The notes under the pieces: generated by a model
Told to the model about the DNA's origin: nothing
Databases searched by the model: none
Seen by the model: the letters and a program-made list of their open reading frames with translations, nothing else
Part shown: positions 58,689 through 64,000 of the stretch, piece after piece
How positions within the stretch are numbered: position 1 is the stretch's first letter
How the letters are laid out: every line of letters begins with the position of its first letter
Program-made: the position numbers and the translations under genes
DNA from: Bacteroidales bacterium UBA4814
Lineage (GTDB): Bacteria; Bacteroidota; Bacteroidia; Bacteroidales; UBA7960
Length of the DNA stretch: 64,000 bases
Reading direction: 5' to 3'
Assembly: GCA_002402465.1 (NCBI GenBank)
Contig: DHFW01000052.1
Coordinates: 71,971 to 135,970 of the forward strand

Positions 58689-59162
58689 ATGCGAAGCGCA
58701 GCGAGCAAAACTTTAATGGCTCACTGTATGAAATCGTTTCGTATCAAAACACACCGACTGGAAACCAGCTACCAACAACCGCACTTCTTTATTCTCAACA
58801 AGGGATTGAACAGCGGAAAACCGCTCAACCGAGCTTGCCCGAATTGCTTTGTTTGCCTCACCGACAACCAAGAGGACAGGGAATTTCTCTTTTGGCTTTG
58901 CTTTGGATTGTGGAGGTCAAAATCCTTTCACTATCTCCTGAAAGGCTCCGTGATTCCATTTGTGACTATTGATGAAATCCGAAAGATGATCCGGGAAAGC
59001 TCTACCAAAGCAAGCTGCAAAGCTCAGGCATTCCAAAAGGCAATTCAAGCTCTTCAACTTCTCGATACCAACGAGCAAAAAATCAGGGTCACACTAAAGA
59101 TGATTGATACTGCCAGACAAGCCATATTTTATGATTTGTTGAAAGGAACAGGTGCAGGATAG
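58689..59162 (+). CDS. hypothetical protein
   Basis: ORF preceded by a 40-nt pure pyrimidine tract. First ATG is at 58689 (the track start 58677 is TTG). I could not place any motif. Confidence 0.4.
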   Translation: MRSAASKTLMAHCMKSFRIKTHRLETSYQQPHFFILNKGLNSGKPLNRACPNCFVCLTDNQEDREFLFWLCFGLWRSKSFHYLLKGSVIPFVTIDEIRKMIRESSTKASCKAQAFQKAIQALQLLDTNEQKIRVTLKMIDTARQAIFYDLLKGTGAG

Positions 59163-59340
59163 ATTCCTGACCTGCCAAAAAAACAGGGCAACAAAAGCAA
59201 AATAAAGCACACTACCGCAACAGCACCCAAGAGAGAACTACCGCCTAATTCTTGAAGTAAATTAGTTGGCGAAGGGCAAATCCATGGTAAGTCCGTGTCA
59301 AGTCCAAGCAAATGTTTAACCCCTAAAAAATCGTAAAGAG

Positions 59341-59982
59341 ATGGGAAAAATTAATCAAGGTATTCTCGGTGGCGTATCAGGCCAGGTTGGGAATGTAATC
59401 GGTGGAACTTGGAAGGGCATCGATTACCTGCGCATCAAACCTTCCAGTGTAGCGAACCCAAGAACTGAAGGTCAGGTTGACCAACGTTCGAAGTTCTCAA
59501 CTGTCTTGCGGTTCTTGCAGCCCATGACAGACTTCCTGAGAGTCGGTTTCTAGTTGTATGCAAACAAAATGACCCAATTCAATGCGGCCATGTCATACAA
59601 CCTGAACAATGCGATTACCGGAGCATATCCAAACTTCATGATTGACTATGCAAGTGCATTGGTTACTCGTGGTAATCTCACAGGATCTGCCAACGGTGCG
59701 GCCACTTCTCCAAGTGCTGGATCAGTGGAAGTGACCTGGACAGATAACTCAGGCAGTGGTAGTGCTCAGGCAACAGACAAGGCGCTGATTGCTCTTTTGA
59801 ACACTACCCGTGGAGAAGCAGTTTTTACAACTGCTGGACCTGCAAGGAGTGCCGCAGCTGCAGCCATTCCAGTACCTTCTGAGTACTCAGGAGAAGATGT
59901 AGAAGTCTTCTTAGGGTTTGTATCAGAAGACGGAACTAAAGTCGCTAGCAGCGTTTATTTAGGCTCTGTAACAGTTGCTTAA
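59341..59982 (+). pseudogene. DUF6266-like gene interrupted by one in-frame TAG (59551-59553)
   Basis: Track ORFs 59341..59553 and 59554..59982 share one frame and read through as ...FLRVGF*LYANKMTQFNAAMSY... Confidence 0.6.
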
Positions 59983-60002
59983 AGCAATTGGTGTTTTCCT
60001 TA

Positions 60003-60033
60003 AAAACCGCTTCCTTTGTGGAGCGGTTTTTTT
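60003..60033 (+). terminator. intrinsic terminator at the right end of the island cargo
   Basis: Stem aaaaccgcttc/gagcggtttt followed by T7. Confidence 0.75.
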
Positions 60034-60096
60034 ATGCCCGCACACTTCGTTTTTCCTTTCTTTAGCCCTTAATTAGTTTAATATCAACACTTCTTG

Positions 60097-60116
60097 TTGC
60101 TAATCTGTTGCTAATA
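60097..60116 (+). repeat. right att-like repeat (attR candidate)
   Basis: ttgCTAATCTGTTGctaata, containing two GTTGCTAA copies (60096-60103, 60107-60114). Confidence 0.5.
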
Positions 60117-60228
60117 CGATATAACTACCTGATATACAGGTATTGAAAAGATATTGTATAGGAAAGTAAATACCCTTCCTTTATTTAGTTAGAGCATTCA
60201 TTATCCAGCGACATTGTGGCTTTTGACT

Positions 60229-60309
60229 CAAGCCCGCATGTACTGGAAATCCGTAAGGCGGCAGAGCCTCCCCGTCACCATTAAATACCCCAAATCGTTT
60301 TTGTTTTAA
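60229..60309 (+). pseudogene. 3'-terminal relic of a second, diverged Argonaute (PIWI C-terminus only)
   Basis: Translates to QARMYWKSVRRQSLPVTIKYPKSFLF*, compared with pAgo QFSRMYWKSVRQQNLPVTIKYPEMV (51738-51794). My hand alignment gives 16/19 aa and about 42/57 nt identical. Confidence 0.6.
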
Positions 60310-60531
60310 GGCTTCACTTTTTCGTTATATTGCATATTTTGCTTTTTTATCCTTGTTGAGATTATATCTTTACTAAATTTTTTGAATGGGAGCATAGTGG
60401 TTTGGTAATATACCACAAGAAACTCGATTGAAGATTAATTATTTAGATGGGTTTTGCAAAAAGGTGCGAAAAACAGACGAACAAATCCCTCCCTGCACTG
60501 TTTTATACATATTATAAAAACAAAAAGAACT

Positions 60532-61566
60532 ATGAAGTACAGATTATTAGGAGACACAGGATTATTCGTTTCAGAGCTATGCTTCGGCGCCATGGGATTT
60601 GGCGGTACCGGCATGTGGAAAAATGTGGGGCAAACCCAACAAGATGAAGCCAACAAACTAGTAAACAGGGCAATAGAAGAAGGCATCAATTTCTTTGATA
60701 CGGCCAATATTTATTCAAATGGCATCTCAGAAGAGATGCTCGGCAAAGCCCTTGGTTCGAGGCGAAAAGACGTGATTCTGGCCACCAAGGTAAGAGGCCG
60801 TATGGGTGAAGGAGTCAATGATATTGGTCTTTCGCGCGTCCACATCCGGCAGCAGGTGGAAGAGAGTTTGACAAGGCTGAATACCGACTACATCGACCTG
60901 TACCAGATTCACGGACTGGATATCTACACTTCATTTGAAGATACCATGCGCACACTCAATGATTTGGTACGTGAAGGCAAGGTGCGCTACATCGGGGCCT
61001 CCAACCATATGGCGTGGCAGTTGATGAAAATGCAGGCTATTGCTGACAAAAACGGCTGGGAGAAATTTAAGAGCCTGCAAGCATACTACTCCATAGGCGG
61101 ACGGGATTTAGAACGCGAAGTGGTTCCTTTGCTGAAAGACCAGAATATGGGACTGATGGTGTGGAGTCCGCTGGCAGGCGGTTTTCTGTCAGGCAAGTAT
61201 CGACGCGGAAAAAACCCCGAAGGCGATTCCAGACGCAAGGAATATGATTTCCCGCCGATTGATAAAGAGAAAGCCTACGACATCATAGAAGTCATGGAAG
61301 AAATTGCCGCCAACCACAAGGCTTCCATTGCACAAATTGCTCTGGCCTGGCTGCTTCACCAGGATGTGGTTACAAGTATCATCATCGGAACCAAGCGGCA
61401 GGAACAACTGGAAGACAACCTGAAAGCGATAGATATTTCTTTCACGGATGATGAACTGCAAAAACTCGATGAAATCAGCCAGCTTAAACCCGAATACCCG
61501 GGCTGGATGACCCAATCGATGCAGAGCGATAGAAATCCGAATGAACTGAAATCATGGAAGGTATGA
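60532..61566 (+). CDS. aldo/keto reductase
   Basis: MKYRLLGDTGLFVSELCFGAMGFGG, FFDTANIYSNG, DLYQIH and GASN motifs. The start was moved to ATG 60532. Confidence 0.85.
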   Translation: MKYRLLGDTGLFVSELCFGAMGFGGTGMWKNVGQTQQDEANKLVNRAIEEGINFFDTANIYSNGISEEMLGKALGSRRKDVILATKVRGRMGEGVNDIGLSRVHIRQQVEESLTRLNTDYIDLYQIHGLDIYTSFEDTMRTLNDLVREGKVRYIGASNHMAWQLMKMQAIADKNGWEKFKSLQAYYSIGGRDLEREVVPLLKDQNMGLMVWSPLAGGFLSGKYRRGKNPEGDSRRKEYDFPPIDKEKAYDIIEVMEEIAANHKASIAQIALAWLLHQDVVTSIIIGTKRQEQLEDNLKAIDISFTDDELQKLDEISQLKPEYPGWMTQSMQSDRNPNELKSWKV

Positions 61567-61768
61567 TTGACGGAGATTGAAAGAGATTGATGGGATGGTT
61601 TTCAATAATAACCTATAAGCTTTAGATGTTCGGGTTCCTGCCGGTATCGAAAATACTGTGCTCGACACTCCGACTTTTACATGAGTTTTTCGGGAAGAAA
61701 AAAAGGGGAAGGGCTTCAAAACCTGAAAGCCTTTCCCCCGTTGATAACCAATATCGTCTTTCGGGTGA

Positions 61769-61995
61769 ATGCTCAATGTGCCAGTAGTTATCGAGGTGCT
61801 TATTTCTGATCATGACCGCTGTTGTAAATGCTGCAAACGCGCAATTAAGAATTGGTAGCGGCGTGGTCGGAGCCATTCACCAGGCTGCCTGAACAGGCAT
61901 CAAAGAAGAAGTGCCGTCTCATGGCTTCGATCAAGCCAGGAGAAGCCGTAATTTCAGGTGCTCATAATCTGCCAAATAAATACATTAGGCAATGT
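61769..61995 (+). pseudogene. macro-domain (ADP-ribose-binding/deacetylase) gene remnant with frameshifts and a premature stop
   Basis: VVIEVLISD / VVNAANAQLRIGSGVVGAIHQAA* / IKPGEAVISGAHNLPNKYI lie in different frames. Confidence 0.5.
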
Positions 61996-61998
61996 AAC

Positions 61999-62318
61999 TT
62001 TTGGCCGGGCGCCCGGCCAAAAGGCATATGCTTGGAGGTGGGCAAACACTACTTGTAACTTACGGCAAAGGATTTTATCAGGGGAAAGGACAACCTGCCC
62101 AAATTAAAAGTAAAGGCGATGTTGCGAAAATTCCTCCTAATGCTGAGCACTGGCATGGAGCTTCTCCCGACATCGGGCTTACCCATATTGCCATTAGTCT
62201 TAATTTGCAAAAAAGGGGTGTGGGATGTTTGAAAGAAGTGACTCCGGATGAATATGAAGTAGCAAAAAGGACCATCGAAAACACCATAAATCACAAACCC
62301 GAATTACCTGTAATCTGA
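61999..62318 (+). pseudogene. cupin-domain gene remnant (N-terminally truncated, frameshifted)
   Basis: FWPGARP is in one frame. GQTLLVTYGKG...GDVAKIPPNAEHWHGASPD...THIAI is in another. Confidence 0.5.
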
Positions 62319-62450
62319 CGGTGGAATTGCCGTATAACTTTCGGTTATGAACCTGTCACCAATTATTGGCATTTACTTTTTAATTGGAAAAAATTCAGAA
62401 TCTCACAAATAGTGTAATGATTCACCAATCTTAACAATATTTTATTTTGA

Positions 62451-63557
62451 ATGAAAAGAATTATGTGGATATCCATCATCATTATTGCAACTCTTTTAAC
62501 CACAACTATTATAGTGATGGGTCAGTCGAAGTTCGGACAATTACCCCGTGGTGAAAGGCTTGCTCGCATCAAACAGTCGCCCAATTATCGAGACGGTGAA
62601 TTCCGCAACTTGACCGAAACGCCCCTCATGACCAACGATGACGGTTTTCTGAAGTCTATTTACAACTTCATGTTCAAGAAAGTTCCGGGTCTGAATCCAA
62701 AGGATTCAATCCCCGTGGTTAAAACCAACCTATGGGAAATACCCATGGACAACAATGTGCTGGTGTGGTTTGGCCATTCATCGTATTATATGCAGATAAA
62801 TGGGAAGCGATTGCTGGTGGACCCGGTACTCAGCAACCATGCTTCGCCTTTTTCCTGGATGATAAAAGCTTTTAAGGGTACCGACCATTACCAGACCGCT
62901 GACATTCCCGACATTGATTACCTAATGATAACGCACGACCACTGGGACCACCTGGATTACCAAACCATCCAAAAAATTCACCCACGGGTAAAACAGTTTA
63001 TCTGTGGGTTAGGCGTTGGCGCACATCTCGAACACTGGGGTGTTAACGCCGAGCGAATCACAGAAATGGATTGGTACGATTCCACTGTCCCAACTGAAGG
63101 TTGGAAGATACACGCTTTACCTGCCCGCCATTTCTCTGGACGGGGTTTGAAACGCAATCAAACACTTTGGGTTTCATTTGTGCTGGAAACGCCTGATTTG
63201 AAACTGTTTTTGGGCGGTGACGGCGGATATGGTTCCCACTTTTCCGAAATTGGAAATCAGTTTGGTCCTTTCGATCTGGCAGTGCTGGAACAAGGCCAAT
63301 ATAACCACAAATGGAAACATATCCATTTGCTGCCCGAACAACTCTTCACTGCGGTTAATGATTTACAGGCTCAAAAGGTTTTACCTGTACACCACTCCAA
63401 GTTTGTGTTGGCAGAGCATCCATGGTCTGAGCCTCTGAGCTTGCTCCAGGAGAATAACGTGAATTTCGTGCCCTTATTGACTCCTATGATAGGTAAGCCT
63501 GCCTTTTTTAATGATACAGTGCATTCCTTTCAGCAATGGTGGTTGGAGTTGAATTAG
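62451..63557 (+). CDS. MBL-fold metallo-hydrolase (NAPE-PLD-like)
   Basis: N-terminal transmembrane/signal segment, ITHDHWDHLD (HxHxDH) and a downstream GGDGGY motif. Confidence 0.8.
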   Translation: MKRIMWISIIIIATLLTTTIIVMGQSKFGQLPRGERLARIKQSPNYRDGEFRNLTETPLMTNDDGFLKSIYNFMFKKVPGLNPKDSIPVVKTNLWEIPMDNNVLVWFGHSSYYMQINGKRLLVDPVLSNHASPFSWMIKAFKGTDHYQTADIPDIDYLMITHDHWDHLDYQTIQKIHPRVKQFICGLGVGAHLEHWGVNAERITEMDWYDSTVPTEGWKIHALPARHFSGRGLKRNQTLWVSFVLETPDLKLFLGGDGGYGSHFSEIGNQFGPFDLAVLEQGQYNHKWKHIHLLPEQLFTAVNDLQAQKVLPVHHSKFVLAEHPWSEPLSLLQENNVNFVPLLTPMIGKPAFFNDTVHSFQQWWLELN

Positions 63558-63560
63558 TGC

Positions 63561-63995
63561 TTGAAGCATTCCCGGAGTGCGCCGGACCCCATGTCAACAT
63601 TTGCTTCGGTGAATGTGGATATTGCAGAGTTCTCTGATGAAGAGATATACATCCGCTTCAGGCATTCCACCAATAATGCGGTGAACTATGCCAAGCCGGT
63701 GGCCATCGATGATATTACGGTTCAGGGTGCCACAGCCTCGCCGGTGCTGTGGATCAACAATGATGCATGGGATGCGGGAAGTATCGCCAACGAAACCTTC
63801 GTGTTCTCTGATGAATTCCGCATCCGAAACATGGGTGCAGCCTTACTCACCATTACATCGGCTGACTTCAACGGGGATTATTCTTATTACGCTGAGCATT
63901 ACACCGTTTATGTATCTACAACCACCAACAGGCTGGACCAGTTCACCCATGTGCTCCATGATGAAACCCTGAAACCTATTCATGTGGAATGGTAG
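63561..63995 (+). pseudogene. fragment resembling the C-terminal part of a choice-of-anchor/MAM-like surface protein
   Basis: TTG start, no signal peptide, and an IRFRHSTNN...VAIDDITVQG motif. It is probably a gene fragment. Confidence 0.3.
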
Positions 63996-64000
63996 CAGCG

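Larger units (their letters stand above)
34162..60110 (+). mobile_element. ~26-kb integrative genomic island (tyrosine integrase, excisionase-like HTH proteins, primase/helicase; defence and metal-resistance cargo)
   Basis: The 11-bp direct repeat CTAATCTGTTG occurs at 34162-34172 and 60100-60110 (17/20 identity over 34159-34178 versus 60097-60116). The integrase module sits at the left end. GC is visibly lower and codon usage differs from the flanks. There are no relaxase, T4SS or phage structural genes. Confidence 0.6.

Noticed and set aside
58689-59162. The 157-aa ORF as a fragment of an hsdS target-recognition domain.
   Set aside because: Only a vague resemblance exists (GSVIPFVTIDEI), with no conserved HsdS coiled-coil repeat. 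I left it as hypothetical.
34162-60110. The island as a prophage or conjugative element.
   Set aside because: It has no capsid, terminase or tail genes and no relaxase, coupling protein or T4SS genes. It has only integrase, excisionase-like and primase/helicase functions.

Overview
This window looks like Bacteroidota chromosome, judged from gene content: ribosomal protein THX, a TonB-dependent receptor, a VirE_N/DUF3987 primase-helicase and a Bacteroidetes-type tyrosine integrase. All product calls come from motif recognition by eye; no homology search was run.

nt 1-34.1k is housekeeping sequence. It holds the rny 3' end, two thioredoxin-fold proteins, and a NuoE/NuoF/NuoG-GltD flavin-FeS oxidoreductase operon. 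Two glutamate dehydrogenase paralogs bracket two tandem receiver/PPDK_N-like giant proteins. After these come wecB, a flippase, aroK, a candidate MurL/MurD2 pair, an untracked THX gene, trmH, an agmatinase-family gene, HU, fmt, ribH, sucD and mnmE.

nt ~34.16k-60.11k is a lower-GC integrative island of about 26 kb, bounded by an 11-bp direct repeat. It encodes a zinc-ribbon/HTH protein, a tyrosine integrase, excisionase-like HTH proteins and a primase/helicase. It has no relaxase, conjugation genes or phage structural genes.

Its cargo is the main finding: one tightly coupled operon of XRE regulator, hsdM, hsdS, a ParB-like/ABC-ATPase fusion, a TOPRIM-like protein, hsdR and a 699-aa prokaryotic Argonaute. 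The Argonaute has an intact MID 5'-phosphate pocket but lacks the first catalytic Asp of PIWI. Its start overlaps the hsdR stop (TAATG) and its stop overlaps a Fur-like gene start (ATGA). Metal-homeostasis cargo follows: a TonB receptor, an ICMT-like protein, a CDF transporter, and ArsR-MerTP-GDCCVxC.

Other points of interest:
- A diverged 3' relic of a second Argonaute lies about 120 bp outside the right island end.
- A ~1 kb pyrimidine-rich non-coding block contains internal repeats.
- The region around 58.2-58.6 kb has repeated A-tract/hairpin/T-tract elements.
- A heptamer array lies upstream of the HTH genes.
- A DUF6266-like gene is interrupted by an in-frame TAG.

nt 60.1-64k is chromosome again: an aldo/keto reductase, macro and cupin pseudogene debris, an MBL hydrolase and a surface-protein fragment. 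I saw no rRNA, tRNA or CRISPR array.
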